64,000 nt of DNA from Octopus sinensis (GCF_006345805.1 NC_043001.1:73842001-73906000), one strand, 5' to 3'; shown: positions 23,615 to 38,519, counted from the stretch's first letter. Translations and numbers: made by a program. The notes: generated by a model not told the origin, from the sequence alone.

Positions 23615-24421
23615 TGTGATCCCTTACCTTGCTTGTAAGTCAGTAATGTCTTTCAATATGAACATCCAGCTGTGGGAAATCTGTCTCAGTAAACTCCATC
23701 TATGAAAAAGTGAACATTAAAACAATTATGATGTTTATCTTTTACTTTGAATATCTTTTGATGGCTCTCAGTATTTTAGTCTTGCTTCAAATTAATTGTA
23801 ATGCAAATGATATCTGTTTGTAGTATATATTCTTCATGCTTCTATTTAGCATATACCCAAGACTTAATTAATTACACCTTTTAAGGTATCGAATTCATTC
23901 TACACATCTGTTCTTCAATATGTCCTTCAGAACTGCTAGTTTTAATGGAGTTGAAATAAGAGTAATTAATAACTTGAGTAAACAGGAAAAGAAAGTTACT
24001 AAAATACTTTTGCTAAGTTTACTTGGCTTGAGCCATTTCTACTCTTTCATTTATTCGTTTTTTCCCTCCGGCTAGTATGTGTTAGATGAATATGCTTTTG
24101 GGACATTGTTTTTGCAGCTAGATGTCCTTCCTGTTGGCTGCTCTAATCTGTTTTATTTTTCACCTAAATGATATTCTTATTCCACATTTTTGAAACGTGA
24201 AACAGGCAAGTGACTTATTGACAGGACAAGTGGCACAAAACCACCGCTTGAGCAGTGTAATATTTGTTTAAGTGAGCAAACACACATGTGCACACACAAG
24301 CACACACACATGAATGTGTAGTTAATATAAATATATATCATGTATATATAAATGTATATGTTTCTTATATAACGTATGTATATATGTGTGTGTGTTTGTG
24401 TGTAGATTTATACAATATGTG

Positions 24422-24685
24422 TTCATCATCATCGTTTAACGTCTGCTTTCCATGCTGGCATGGGTTGGACTGTTTGACTGGGGACTGGTGAGCCAGATGG
24501 CTGCACCAGGCTCCAATCTGATCTGGCAGAGTTTCTACAGCTGGGTGCCCTTCCTAACACCAACCACTCTGAGAGTGTAGTGGGTGCTTTTACGTGCCCC
24601 TGGCGCAAGGGGCATTCAGGCAGTTCCGGCAATGGCCACGCTCAAATGGTGTTTTTCATGTACCACCGGCACAAGTGCCAATTTG
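24422..24685 (-). mobile_element. Family R module
   Basis: CATCATCATCGTTTAACGTC...GCCCTTCCTAACACCAACCACTC. Confidence 0.8.
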
Positions 24686-24721
24686 TGTATTTATACACAC
24701 ACACACAAATATAATCATATA

Positions 24722-24727
24722 TGTATG

Positions 24728-24760
<33 letters not shown>

Positions 24761-24815
24761 TACAGACACACATATACACATACACACACACATATACATA
24801 TACACACACACACAC

Positions 24816-24862
<47 letters not shown>

Positions 24863-24891
24863 CATACACACACATATATATGTATATACAT

Positions 24892-24924
<33 letters not shown>

Positions 24925-25022
24925 ATATATATATATATATACATACACACACATATATATATTTATATATCGTGCATGCACACACACACTCAATCACTCA
25001 TACATCACACACACATACACAC
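24722..25022. repeat. Compound (AT)n/(AC)n microsatellite
   Basis: Direct inspection. Confidence 0.95.
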
Positions 25023-25839
25023 ACGATGGGTCTCTCTTTGGTTTCTTTCTACCAAGAGGAGCAGCCTACACTTGAAAGGGCGAATTATTTTACTTTGTAG
25101 TTATTTCTCACTTTAGTAGTTTCTGTGATAACCAGTGTTGATAATGTAAAGATCAATTAAACATTGGTTGGATGTTATTGTTGGCTGGAGAGAATGCTGG
25201 TAGTGATGTACAAGAAATATGCTTAGTGGAGTATTGTTCGTATTTGAAAGAATTGTTTAAATATTCTAAATAATATTGGCACAACATCCGCAAACTAAGA
25301 TTAATGATAGGGTGGGTATATTTATAGATTTATTGATATACATATCTATTTGTATTGCATATATGCATACATGTACACACACATATCTATACACTTGTTT
25401 CTGTTTTTATTAATGCATCCTATAATTTTATTGATCCTGCATTTTTGTGCTAGAATTTTGAGCCAAAAATTTTTCATATCCTAATTTTTGAATCATTGCT
25501 AAGAACCACAAGGATCTACAAAACATCTATGGCTTGAATTTTCTTTTAAGATGCTCAGTACATGCTAAACATCTACCATTTAATTATGAATAACCTGTAT
25601 TTTTTTTAATACCATTTAACATCTGAAAACCTTTTCTGATGTTTCCGTCCTGTTGTCTACACTTGGGACCAATCTGTATATCATTTATAGATGCATTCCT
25701 TTGCTAATACGTTTTATCCATAATACTTTTTTTTTTCTTTTGCCAATTAGCTTAACTAATTACTGTACCATATTTGGTACTTTTGAGTTAGTACTCTTGT
25801 CTATTTACCAATTTATTTGACGCTTTCAGAAAACAGACA

Positions 25840-26700
25840 CTCTTGCAATGAAAGACAATGTTCTCTAAAGTTGTTTATTTGAGCCAGTCTTCTGTTAACA
25901 CTTAATGCTATCGCTATCATACTACTACATTTCTCTTTGGTAAAGATACCTTTCTGTCTCCACTTACTCCTTGAGAGGAAAGGAGATATTTTTTCTCTCT
26001 CCTGGTATCACATCATAATCTTGTAGCCTATTTAAGGCAAGCGGACACATTCCGTTCTTGTGATGGGCTATATGCATTTTACTTATCTTTGCTCTACTTT
26101 CTAACCATAACATAATCTGCTTATTTAAGAGATAAATAATTCATATCATTAGGTTTAAGTAAATTCAAATAGTCTCTTTAAATCACTTCTACATTCAAGT
26201 CCATACATTTAGGCTTACACATATTTTTTATTTCATATACGTAGAGAGTATGCTTTTTAAATTGAAACATTTTTATTGTTTATAAAGCTTACCTTGTCAC
26301 TACTGACACTGTTTTAATAACTTATATACCACATGTATTTGTATTTTATTAAATCCATGAATGTTAGGCTAATTTCCTCTTTTATATTTTAAATGCTTAT
26401 CACATTATGTACTCCTCTCTCCTCCCCACTGTCAAAATTACAGTTCTCAAGCTAATTTGCTTTTCCCACCAAACCTATATCAATTCACAGACATTTTATT
26501 GTTTCCAAGATTTCTCTTACAACTTCAAATACATTCACTAGACCATCTTGAACAACAGTGGATTGTTGCTAAGTTCAAATATACAGAAAAAGGGAAAGAC
26601 TACACTTGGACAATACTGTATTGCAGTTTAATATTTAACCTATTATATAACCCTGCCTTTTGTTTACATTCATTTTCCTAAATAAATGAGAATTGGGAGC
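25840..26700 (-). mobile_element. Possible highly decayed LINE relic
   Basis: Minus-strand fragments such as NGMCPL (C-terminal zinc-finger-like) and GGK.A (RT thumb-like); many stops and frameshifts. Confidence 0.3.
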
Positions 26701-27814
26701 CAAATACCTCAAGTTCTTGTTTACTTAGAAAATAACTGGATTTTCCTGTCTTTTATCATTATTGTCTGGTTGTCAACTTCTCTACAGAATTTATTGAATC
26801 AGATTTTGTTTTTTCTATGATGGGATGCACTTCCAATAATCAAGCATTGCCTGTTTCCAAGCATGGTAATACTTCTACCACTCCTTCAAACATGAATAAC
26901 ATATATCAATGGACAGGGTTTCACTACAGATTGCAACACAAACATTACCTCTTGTATAACAGTGATACTTGTTTACAATTTGTGCATGATGTCAAGCTAG
27001 AGATACAAATGCACACACTTGTATGTGCACACACAGGCACGTCCATGCATACACACATGCACACATATGTGTATACAAAATACATGCAAATATGATGAAC
27101 TTCCTGCTGTTCTCATCTGCCAAATCCACCCACAATCACATGGTATAGGTCAGCCCAGGCCTATAGTTGAAGTCACTTGCTGAAGGTACCATGCACTAGC
27201 ACACCACTGTAATTGCTAAACAGACTTCTTAACTGCCATATAGATGATAAGCTATAGGACAGTGTTTTAACCTATGATCTGTCTACTAAAAATCCAATGT
27301 TCAGATTCCATGCTACCTTAACATCTATACTATAGTAAAGAAAGCTACTTATTAATTAGTTTGGAGTATGTGACTTTCACTAAAGGAAAGCATTTATTAA
27401 ACTTTCACTGTCTAAAAACTTCTTAAAAATATTAATTTTAATGCATTTTTATCAAAATGTGGTTTTCAAAATTCTTTTATTATTGGCGATTTTAACTACA
27501 CATTAATTTTGATTCACTACAAGAAAGCAATTTTTGACACTGCAACATAGTTAGTGCTCTCTCTGATACACTTTATGATACTACTTTCTACACATATATC
27601 GGTAGAAGCATTTCTCCAAATTATAAGTTTAATCCAGCATCAGCCAAATTATGTTGATTCCAGTATCCTGTCATATTCACCATTTTTGAAGAAATAGAAA
27701 ACCAAAGCAGAAAAGTGGTTTTAATTTGCTTATGTCAATTATAACCAAATATAAACTTGTCTCAATTTATGTATCAGAAAAATTACACAAATTGGGAATC
27801 AAATGTGTAAGTAT

Positions 27815-28155
27815 TATTTAGGGACTGGCACAAACTGGCATGTCATCAGTTGTGATGATGAGAGTTCCTGTTGATTCAACCAACAAAACAACCTGCTCAT
27901 GAAATTAACATGCAAGTGGCTGAGCACTCCACTGACATGCATAACCATAGCATAGTTGTCAGAGAGATTCTGTGTGACAGAATGTGACGAGGCTGGCCCT
28001 TTGAAATACAGGTACAACTCGTTTTTGCCAGCTGAGTATACTGGAGCAATGTGAAATAAAGTGACTTGCTCAAGGACACAATGTGCCACCAGGAATTGAA
28101 CTTACAACCTTATGATTGTGAGCTGAATACCCTAACCACTAAGCCATGCACCTTC
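27815..28155 (-). mobile_element. tRNA-derived SINE family T
   Basis: Minus strand: A box GGCTTAGTGG, B box AGTTCAATTCC, core CTTGAGCAAG.CACTTTATTTCAC.TTGCTCCAG. Confidence 0.75.
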
Positions 28156-28926
28156 ATAGAAACAGCACCTAAAGGGCAGGGCAATGTCTCTACTAGTGTT
28201 GTATAACATGGTTTTGTATAAACTATGTTAGTAAAACAAAAGGTTGGGATAGTCATGCCACTTGGTCATGCTCAATTCACGCAGGCAAGAACAACAGTCT
28301 TTTTGATCTTGTCCCTTCACCTGACCTCCTTTTGTACCTTACGCTCTTTTTATTTTAACATCTGTCCTACATAGTTTTTGTATTGACAAATTTACTTCCT
28401 CCAATGCCAACATTAAGATTAACTGATATTTTTAGATCTCAATAAATTATTTGAGAATCAAGAGTGTATATTATTACCGTTATATAGGATTGTTATTGGT
28501 TCAGTCGATGGATGATTGAATTGTAGAAATAGATGTTAGGAAATGATCCTTCAACATTGTTAAAAGTCGTGTCAAGAAATGAGAAAAAAAAGAAAAGAAA
28601 AAGAAAGCTTTTATTTATGCTTTTATTGGAATTATTTATTGATTTTTTTTGGTTAACAAATTATCTAAAGGTTAAAACAAAGAAACAGCCAGACAGTCTT
28701 TATTTCATTTGAGTGATTTTCTGTGTGCGTGTGTGTGTGTGTGCGTGATGATGAATGATGATTGCATGGAGATGATTTCATTTCTCTCTTATGATGTAGG
28801 TATATTAATAGTGTAGACGTGTGTGTATGTAAAAGAGAGTATATGTTTATGTGGATGTCTGTCTGTGCATTTGTGGACATTTTCCACTTGTTATATCTAT
28901 GCGTGTGCAAGCATAGATCCATGCTT

Positions 28927-28961
<35 letters not shown>

Positions 28962-28964
28962 CGT

Positions 28965-28999
<35 letters not shown>

Positions 29000-29522
29000 C
29001 TCTCTTCTCTAGTGTATGTCTCCTTTTTACATTTCCTGCTATTTCTTTTTCCTTCTTTCTGTCTACCTTACACTTCTCTATCACGTCTGTCTGTCTCTCT
29101 CAGTCGTGTATTTGTTAGGTAGTTTTATTTAAAGATATTACACATCTCAAAAGCAGCTTGCTTCATATTCATCCTGTAATCTTATTTGCGAGGAATAAAT
29201 AGATTTTTGATGTGTTTTACAAAATAATTCTTGTCCTCATTTCTTCATTAGACAATCCTTGTTAATTGTTCCTCAGTTGGAACAATAATCTTACTATATT
29301 TTCTCTGAAGACTTACAACAACCATTTTGTTTGTTCTCTCCTTCTTACCCATCTTATCACATTGATATTTGAGACATTTTAACTTAAACTTCAGTATTCA
29401 TCTGTTGGAAGGCTCTGTATTTTTTGTTTGTTTTTTGTTTTAAAATTTTATTTATATGTAATCTTTTAATAAACAATTCTGAAAGCTACTTTGTATACTA
29501 ACTGCAGTAAAACTGTACATGG

Positions 29523-29575
<53 letters not shown>

Positions 29576-30369
29576 CATGTGTGCATGCTTTACCAACACA
29601 TTTCTAAGTCCATACTTTGAATTTAATTTCTGGGCTTTAATTAGATTTTTCTTTTTGAACCTGGATGGTGGTATGTCTAAGTCAGTGGTGCTAGATAGGA
29701 ACAGCTGTAAAAGTAGTGCCTTCATATTAGTAACCATCAATGCCTCAACAAAGGTAGGGCAGTTGGATTTCTTCAAGCATCTATAGGTTTTTCTTGTGAA
29801 TGTTTCACGCACTGGTACAAGTTAGAGACAGGAATGGCATTTCAGACACACATTGGGATTGTGTGGTATTAACAGCAGGAGTGGTGGGCTGTAAAAGCAT
29901 CACAAGCCTGCCCAGACCGTTCCAAGTCTGACAAGTATTGCATGGATTTCTCAAATACACTCATGTACACATGAAGCAACTATATCAGGTCCTCCAGATT
30001 ATATTTAGATAGCATATTTGTTAGGTCAGTGCATGGAGATAGTGTAGGGTGTCCACACTTTTCAACTGCATAAGTGTCCTAGATAGTATGCACAAACAGG
30101 CATCTATTTGCTGGAAGCTGAACATCTCATTCTTGGTGTGCAAAATGTATAGCAATGGGATTAGCAAATTAATTAAGCTGCTGTTAGTGGTGGGTGAGAT
30201 AACCAAAAACTAGTGATGAGTCACTCTGAAATGTAGACTATATATATATATAAAATTGGTGGATTTTTTCCTTTAAGAGGTTTTTCACACTAACTACTTG
30301 ATAAATTCTTATAAAGATTTTATCCTATTTTTAAATTGAAAATATATATATATATCTATATATATAGTG

Positions 30370-30650
30370 AAGGCACATATCCTAGTGGTTAGGGTGTTGC
30401 ACTCAAGACTACTAGATCATGAGTTTGATTCCTGGACTGGGCAGTATGTTGTGTTCTCAGGCAAAACACTTCATTTGATGTTGCTCTGTGATCATTTCGA
30501 CATCTGATGTGTGACACACTTGTGCAACTGTACAGGCAAAGTTGGGAGTGGGTGAGGGGAGGGGGCTAATGTACATGACATACATTTGGTCACTATAAAC
30601 AAATCATCTGTGCAAGTTGTTCAGCAAAAAGCTGAACACTCATACGTTTC
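30370..30650 (+). mobile_element. SINE family T
   Basis: TAGTGGTTAGGGTGTTGCACTC...GAGTTTGATTCC...CACTTCATTTGATGTTGCTC. Confidence 0.7.
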
Positions 30651-31109
30651 CTTCAGTGAGGTATTTCATCATAGAAAAAAATAAATGTGGGATTAAGTGA
30701 ACTAAGATGTTTCGACCATTGATTTGTGACCATTTTTTGTTATTGCTTAACACGAAAGCGGCATTGTTAGAACTGAGATATGTGCTCTTAAACATAAGGG
30801 GTAGACACCTGCTATTAGTCAACCTCACTTTGCTCAGCTGTTATAAACCAACAACAGCAATGAACTTGAGAGATTGCAGTGATCTTTTATGCCTTTTTCA
30901 CAACTATCATGGTCCTTGGTAGTAGAGGAAAGTACTGCAAAAAGTTAACAAAAAGAAAGGAGAGTTGGCTATAAGTTGTTGTATAAGGGGCATACTGATT
31001 AGTCTGAATGATCTGTTTTAGAAGCTTTATGTATACATGCTCAACTTGTTTGCAAAGGACATTTGCAACTGGCAGTAGAATAGGAAAATTCCTGGTTCTG
31101 TGAGTTGGA

Positions 31110-31560
31110 GAGAAGTACTACTGAAGAAGGGTGAAAACATGGGGCACGTTATTGATAATATCTGGTTTGTAACCCTGCTCATTGCAGAATGGAAGTTCTG
31201 AGTTAAGAGCTATCAAGGGTCAATGTCTTTGCTATCAGCAGTGGAGTCAGAAAAGTACTAGATTGTGTGATTCCAGGCAAAACCATTACAAATTCCACCT
31301 CATACTGTACATCATAGATAGTATATGTAACAAACTTGGCTTTGATAAGGCTCTGGTCATTTTTGATTAATTAAGAGCCTTCGATAAGGTAGGCAGATAT
31401 TTTCAATGGAGCCAGTTTCAGCCCAATTTTTCCGAGGTTGGAAAATGTACAATGACTTTTACCAATGATCAGACATAGTGTAACTGTTCTGAATCCTGCT
31501 CCTCTTGGCTAAACGCGCATCAACTTTAAGAGGGAGGTGCTGCCCTCTAATTTGTTGAAA
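31110..31560 (+). mobile_element. L1/Tx1-clade LINE reverse transcriptase relic
   Basis: Broken frames read LLKKGE..(D)VIDN...TLL.AE.K, CVIPG(K)TI, HLILYIID...ALVIFD*.RAFDKV. Confidence 0.7.
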
Positions 31561-32757
31561 GGGAAGTGAGAATGGCTCATATAGCTTTAGTGAATGAGCC
31601 AAAACTCAGCAGGTGCTTGTTGGTTGGGTAATACAGCTGTGAGAGCGTACTTTGTAAGTTGAGACAGTACTGGATCTTTGGGGTACTTTGATTGGGCCTA
31701 GGTTGCACTCCTCTTTCTGAGGATGCTATCACATATTTGTGTATTATACATCCTGTCACTCTTCACCCATTTTGATTTCAATGTGAATTACATCAATTTA
31801 TTAACCTGTCTTTATAACCTTCTCTTGTATCACCCTTCTAACAAAGAAATAATTATGAAATTAGTTAACTATTAATCACTCTTGCATATAGTCTTTAAAG
31901 AAAAGATAATACTGCTGTAATCCTAAATTAATCTTTAATCCACTGTTAACTTTACATGAATATAAATTTAATGTTTGTATTCTGTGTGTGTTTGTGTAAG
32001 AGAAAGGTTTAACCACAATTACAGAGTTATGTATTTGGTAGATAATATATTTTACCTCCATTTCTTCTGCAATACAATATAAATATCATATCTGGCTGAA
32101 AATTCAAATACCACCCCTTCCCTTCCTTAAAATATCACTAATTACTTTTCTGCTTATTTAGATATTTAAACAATGAGAAAGAGAAGAGTGTGAATACACG
32201 TTTTTATTGTTAATCATATCTGAAAGCCATTTCATTAATGATTGCTACAGTGGTTGTGTGTTTATTCTCACAGAATTATGCTTGAAAACTAGTTTTGCCT
32301 GCACCAACTGTATTATTTGGTTGACTTTACTGAAACTAATTAAGCACAAACACTGCTGATGTATATATGTGTGTGTGTGTGTGCACTTATCTGGCTATGA
32401 AACTAATGATCATAAGTGATAATATTGTAAGTGCTAATGGTGGTTGACTTGGTTGACTGGTTCTGTACAAAAGCTATCCACTGCCAATGTATTCAACAAT
32501 TGTTTACAATACTGTGTTGATCAGAATCATTTCATTTCATTTATTTCTCATATCTATGCCTGAAACTCAACTATATTTAGACCACCAATTTTCGGCTTGT
32601 ATAAAAGATAACTTATTTCTCCTCTCTTATGAAACAGCCATTAAACTTTCGGCAAACGAAATACATTCCATATTCTATCTTTAATTTTTCTTACATCAGT
32701 TTAAAACCCGTCCTTTTGATATGAATTTTATTAGTTCATATATATGTGTGTGTGTGT

Positions 32758-32792
<35 letters not shown>

Positions 32793-32954
32793 CACAGATA
32801 CAATTATAGTGTTACACATCTCTATCAACTCCTCAATTAGACTAATTTGCCCTACAAATTCATTGCATGTATAAAAATGTGCTTGTGGGAGTGTGTGTAG
32901 TTGACTGTTTGTAGTTTATATGGTTGGTAGGGTTAATTAATGGGATTCATATGT

Positions 32955-33185
32955 AGGCATGGCTACAGAATGCAGAAGTTTGCTTTCCAACGACGTAGCA
33001 CTCTTACTACATGGCACATTGGGTAAGTGCCTTCTACAATAGCTCCAAGCAAACCAAAGACCTTGTGAATGGATGTAATAGATGGAAACTGTAAAGCTAT
33101 CATACATACACACACATGCATATGTGTGTGTCTTATTGTCTTGAATTAGTGTGATAGTGGAAAAGAGCATCAGCTGATAAATGTT
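32955..33185 (-). mobile_element. SINE family A copy, plus-strand orientation of head (strand +), degenerate
   Basis: GGCATGGCT...GGGTAAGTGCCTTCTAC...CTTGTGAATGGAT...GATGGAAACTG; this reads in the plus orientation. Confidence 0.55.
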
Positions 33186-34684
33186 TATCTTTTTTTTTTT
33201 TTTTTCCTTCTTAGATGTAAATCTTAAGATATAAAACCTGACACTTTTGCCTTTCTGAAAGTTGATGGTGACATACATGCAATGAAAATGGTTACATGAA
33301 CCTTACCTTATTTAATATTTACAAGGTAAAAACAGTGTTATGTGACTTCTAATAGGGTTTATCTGTTTCTGTTGAAAATATCATACAGGTGTAGTTGTAT
33401 GTGTTTGATATATTTATTCCAAAAAGATGCTCTTAATTTCCCATGACCCCTAGTCTTGAAGGCTGTTTAGCTATACATGACTCCTCACTAAAAGTACATG
33501 CTATCCTCATAAATTTGGTTTGCATACTGAAGGTGTGGTTAACAAACAAATAAATTTCTTTTTGTTGATAGTTGTATCTAAATGCGCAGTTTTTTTATGC
33601 TGTTGCATATTAGCTTATAAAAAAGATGAAGTAAATATGAGCTGGAGCCCAGAGATATCAAGAGATATATATACATATATATGGTAATATTTATCCCTTC
33701 TTAAAAGTAGATGTTATATTACAACAGAGACTACTGTATTATTTAACCCCATGAGAGAACCTTTCATTTGGATGTGTAGTGCATAAAATCATAACCATTT
33801 GTGGCAATAGTGGGTTATTATCTCATGCTTGTGATATAAATATGAGTGCTTATATGCACCACAAGTTCATATGAAAGGTTCTCTCATAGTAAATAACACA
33901 GTATTCTGTGTTCTAACGCAACATCCACTTTTAAGTAAGGATAAATATTACCTTTTATTATTAATTTTGCTTCTGTCACAATTAATTATTATTATTATCA
34001 TATATATATATATATATATATATAGACTGAAAGGTAGACAGATAAGATATATATATACATATAGGAGAAAAGATCACTCTGTTCTGGTCATGAAGTGCAT
34101 ATGTGAAATGTTTGGTTAACCTTTCAGTGGCTAAATGATAGAAAATATATGAGGTGAAGGTTGAACGGGAACAAGTAGGTATGGTTGATATGATGTAGGC
34201 TTCAGTCATTGCTGAAATGCAGTGTTATCTATGTAGGCAGTGGGAAAGGAAAATGATAATGCAGGTGTGTAAATAATGCAGTGGTTAAGAGTTCAAGTGT
34301 TAATATGTATTAAGATATTTGATTGGAGTTGTACAGACTAATGACAATTCTTTTTGCTGAAGCTGATAGGGTCATTGTGTTTTTTGGTTGGTTCATTATG
34401 ACTCTTCTTCTTCCCACCATGTGTGTGTGTGTGTATATCATCATCATCATCATCATGTCCACTTTTCCTTGCATAGTTTGGATGGAGTTTGTTGAGGTAG
34501 GTTTTCTCTCTGGCTGCCCTGTTTCCAAGTATGGTAATATTTCCCTGTGATCAAACATGCTTTTGTAGAATACTTGAAATGAATGACATTCATTAGCAAC
34601 ATTACACAATATCAAGACAAGGAGTTGCACACTTACATACATACACTCACATATGTGTGTGTATGCTTGTGTGTGTGTATTTTT

Positions 34685-34870
34685 CATTTACTTGTTTCAG
34701 TCATTTGGAGCACTTCCTTTAGTCGAACAAATTGACCCTAGGACTTATTCTTTGTAAGCTTAGTACTTATTCTATCGGTATCTTTTGCCAAACCGCTAAG
34801 TTACAGGGACGTAAACACACCAACATCGGTTGACAAGCGATGGTGGGGGGATCCAAGCACAGACACACAC
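34685..34870 (-). mobile_element. SINE tail B
   Basis: TTTACTTGTTTCAGTCATT...GTACTTATTCTATCGG...CCGCTAAGTTACAGGGACGTAAAC. Confidence 0.75.
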
Positions 34871-34884
34871 ACAAACACACACAC

Positions 34885-35450
34885 ACATGTTCTGATGGTG
34901 CTTTTTACATGCTACCGGCACAGGAGCCAGTTGGGGCAAGGGACTGACATCGACCATGTTCAGATGGTGCTTTTTACATGTCACCAGCATGAGGAACCAG
35001 TCAGGCGGCACTGGCAATGATCCACACATGAATGGTGATTATTGCATGCCAACAGCACAGGAGCCAGTCAGGTGGCACTGGCATTGGCCACAACTACAAT
35101 TTCCATTTAATTGTGATTTGATTTGATTTTGATTTTACTTGACTCAATAGGTCTCTTCAAGCACGGCATGTTGCCCAACGATTCAAAGGTACTTTTTAAA
35201 TGGGCTGGTTATGCAACACTAGTGTAAGCTACGGCTGTGATCTTACTTTACTTGCCGGGTCTTCTCAATCACAGCATATCTCCAGAGGTCTCGGTCTTCT
35301 GTCATTGCCTCTGTGAGGCCCATCGTTCGAAGGTCGTGCTTCATCACCTCATCCCATGTCTTCTTGGGTCTCCCTCTTCCACGGGTTCCTTCCACTGTTT
35401 GGGATTGACACTTCTTCACACAGCTCTTCTCATCCATACACAACACTTCT
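34885..35450 (-). mobile_element. 5'-truncated RTE LINE: ORF C-terminus and 3' UTR
   Basis: 35243-35446 = ..VEGTRGRGRPKKTWDEVMKHDLRTMGLTEAMTEDRDLWRYAVIEKTRQVK*, a typical RTE C-terminus, followed by GTGCTTTTTACATG units. Confidence 0.85.
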
Positions 35451-35460
35451 CAGGCATATG

Positions 35461-35502
<42 letters not shown>

Positions 35503-35884
35503 AGTTTAAAATATTAGTCATTACATATTTTTCCTTTATTTGGAGCAAGTTTGGCTTACAGCTGTTTCCAGTAGTCATTATACTGACAGGTTTACTCATT
35601 TGGTCTATTGATCAGTTGAGAAAAATTGAATGACCTAAAAAAATTAAAGCTACTTTTGTCAGAGCCATTTCTGGTTTTATATATATATATATAATGAACG
35701 TCTTTCAGTTTTTGTCTGGTAAATCCACACTGCATTTGGTTGAACTTGGGCGGCTACAGTAGAAGACACTGCCCAAGGTACAATACACTGAAACTGAAAT
35801 CATGCAGTTAAGAAGCAAACTTCTTAACCAGACATCTTAACCTGCATCTTCAATACAGCCTTGCCTGTGTGTGTATACATCTCT

Positions 35885-36050
35885 ATATGTACATATATCA
35901 TCATCATACAACTGTTTTCCATGCTGGCATGGGTGGATGGTTTGACAGGAGCTGGCAGACAGGAGAGCTGCACCAGGCTCCAGTCATCTGTTTTGGCATG
36001 TCTTCTATGGCTGGATGCTCTTCTTAACACCAACCACTTTACAGAGTGGA
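35885..36050 (-). mobile_element. Family R module
   Basis: TTTTCCATGCTGGCATGGG...CTGGATGCTCTTCTTAACACCAACCAC. Confidence 0.75.
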
Positions 36051-37239
36051 AATTGGTTTAGCTCTCCAGCTTGCCACCTCAAGTAAAACCATCCAACCCA
36101 TATCAGCATGGAAAATGGATGTTAAAGGATGGTGATGGTGATGATGATGATGATGATGACAATGTCTTTTTTTTTAACATTTGTGTGTCTGTTGAAGTTA
36201 GGTAAATGATACTGGAAGCCAAGCGTAGTAATAATAATATGAAATTGTTTTGCTTTAAGTAGGCTTTCTGTCTACTGGAGTTGAATCTGTAGCATTTTTA
36301 ACAACGTATTTTCTATCTCTGTTGCACTTAAGCAACTTACTATTTCTCAACTGAAGGAATTGGTTATTTCCCTCATTTCTATTACAATATCATACCTAAC
36401 ACCTCATTGTTGTTATATCATTGCCATGTTATCATCATTCAACCCTATTTCACAATAATTCTTGTATAATTGCCAATTATATGAGCTATCTACTATACCA
36501 TGTTAATCACTATAGCGTTTCAGTAGATCTTTCTTTCAGCTGTAGCATCTTTCTGTTGTGTTTTCCTTATACAATACAAGCAGCTGTAAGCAGACATTTA
36601 TATCCCATGGATTATTTCTTCATCTGACTTAGGTGATTTGTTTTGTTTTGTGTTTTCTACATATTCTCTATATTGTATGACAAATAATCTACAGGTTTGT
36701 CCTATCTTGTTGAACAAAATGCTAACGAAGGTATAAGATGGAAACATTTTCACTTTAATTTGATTTCGTTTATAATTTTCAGCATGTGTGTGTATAATAA
36801 AAATAATAATAATAATAAATAATAATAATAATGATGATGGATAATAAATAATAATAATAATAATAATTATTATTATTATTTAGCAGAAGCAACAGAGTGA
36901 TTCAAGCGCTGAGAGTTTGGTACGTTAGCACCAGTGTGTGTGTGTGTGTGTGTGTGTGTTACAAAAAGTAGATTGTAACCCAGGCTGCTATAATATTAAT
37001 GTGATTCTCATACAATAATACATATGGCATTAATATGATAATAAACATTGGCAGGTATAAACTCAAACAAGTGTGCATACATATACGAAATAGAATTATA
37101 ACATATACACAGCAGAACTCAATATTTAGCAGATGGTAGCATTTGGATACTCCTTGAAAATATGCTAATTATAATCCTATCTACTTTATAGATACTACAT
37201 GACTGTCATTTTTTGTTTTATTTATTTTTTTTTGCGTAT

Positions 37240-37640
37240 GTATTATCACCATCATGATTTTAAAGCCCACTTTTCCATGCTTACATGGGTCAAATGGTGT
37301 TTTTGGGGTACATATTCTATGGCTGAACACCCTTCCTGTCACCATCTCTTAGTTGTGTTGAAGCAAGATGAATATTTCTCCATGGCCAAAGTTGTTTCCT
37401 CTGAAGATTGGAAACAAACATGGCTTCTATGATGAAGATACTCATTTACAGCTATCGTGATGTCAAGACAAAGAGATACAAATACTTACATATACGACTG
37501 GCTTCTTTTAAGATTACATTTACCAAAACTACTCAAGTGGTTTTGGTTGGCCTGGGGCTATAATAACAGACACTTGTGCAAGGTGCCACACAGTGGGACC
37601 GAATCCAAGACCACTTGGTTTGGAAGCAAGTTTCTTAACT
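37240..37640 (-). mobile_element. SINE family A2
   Basis: TTTTCCATGC...GTGATGTCAAGAC...GGTGCCACACAGTGGGACCGAATCC. Confidence 0.7.
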
Positions 37641-38029
37641 ACACAATTAAAACTACCCAGTTATGATACCTACTGAAGGGTAAGCATCTCCTCATTTGTT
37701 CACTACTAGAAATGTAGGTAGTACAGTGCTGTAGCTGGCCTTCTACACCAGAAAACCAGCATCATGGGATTAGGGTGCATGCATAAGGGCTTAAAACCTC
37801 ATGTTATGAACACAAGGCCAAAGAGAAGATGTAAGGACACATTCCACCTATCTCTACTACTATTGCTTAACATTTTCTAGTTGGATACTATATTGCCAAG
37901 ATCTGGTCCTATATGTATGGGTATGTAGTTGTTATAGTTGTCTAAACTGAGACCAACTCCGATCCTACAGGCTTATGCTAATTATGTTTTTGAGGTACAT
38001 ATTCTATGGCTGAACCATAGAATATGGTC

Positions 38030-38185
38030 ACCAACCTTTAGTTTGGTCGGCCTGAGGCTATAGTAGAAGACACTTGTACAAGGTGCACACAGTGGGACTG
38101 AACGCAGAACTACGTGGTTGGTAAGCAAGCTACTTACCACACAGCCGCTCCTATGCCTATTCACACAGCCACTCCTACGCCTATG
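38030..38185 (-). mobile_element. SINE family A head with a ~23-bp tandem duplication of its 5' end
   Basis: CACACAGCCGCTCCTATGCCTAT followed by TCACACAGCCACTCCTACGCCTAT. Confidence 0.75.
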
Positions 38186-38519
38186 TTCAATATATATTAA
38201 AAGATATATTGAAATATAATTATAGAAACTTGTAAATGCATGAATGAACATAAAAAGTACAAAGTTTTTATTTAATTTTAAAAATTGGTTTTTTTTTTTT
38301 TAATTCATTCACCCATCTTGGTGGAATCTTCCATTATGTACTTTTTGCCATTGTATCACTTCACACCTGTCCTCTATTTAAACATAAACCTCTTGGTTGG
38401 ATAGTTCAATCAGTGCCTGATGAACGTACTTATGTATGTGAAACTATTTGTAGCACATATAATGTATGTAGCATGAAGCATTTATAGCAATATATATATA
38501 TATATCCATACACATCTAC

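Noticed and set aside
29104-29118. 15-nt in-frame micro-exon (FVYLL)
   Set aside because: The donor GTAGTT is poor and the acceptor is a (CT) microsatellite edge.
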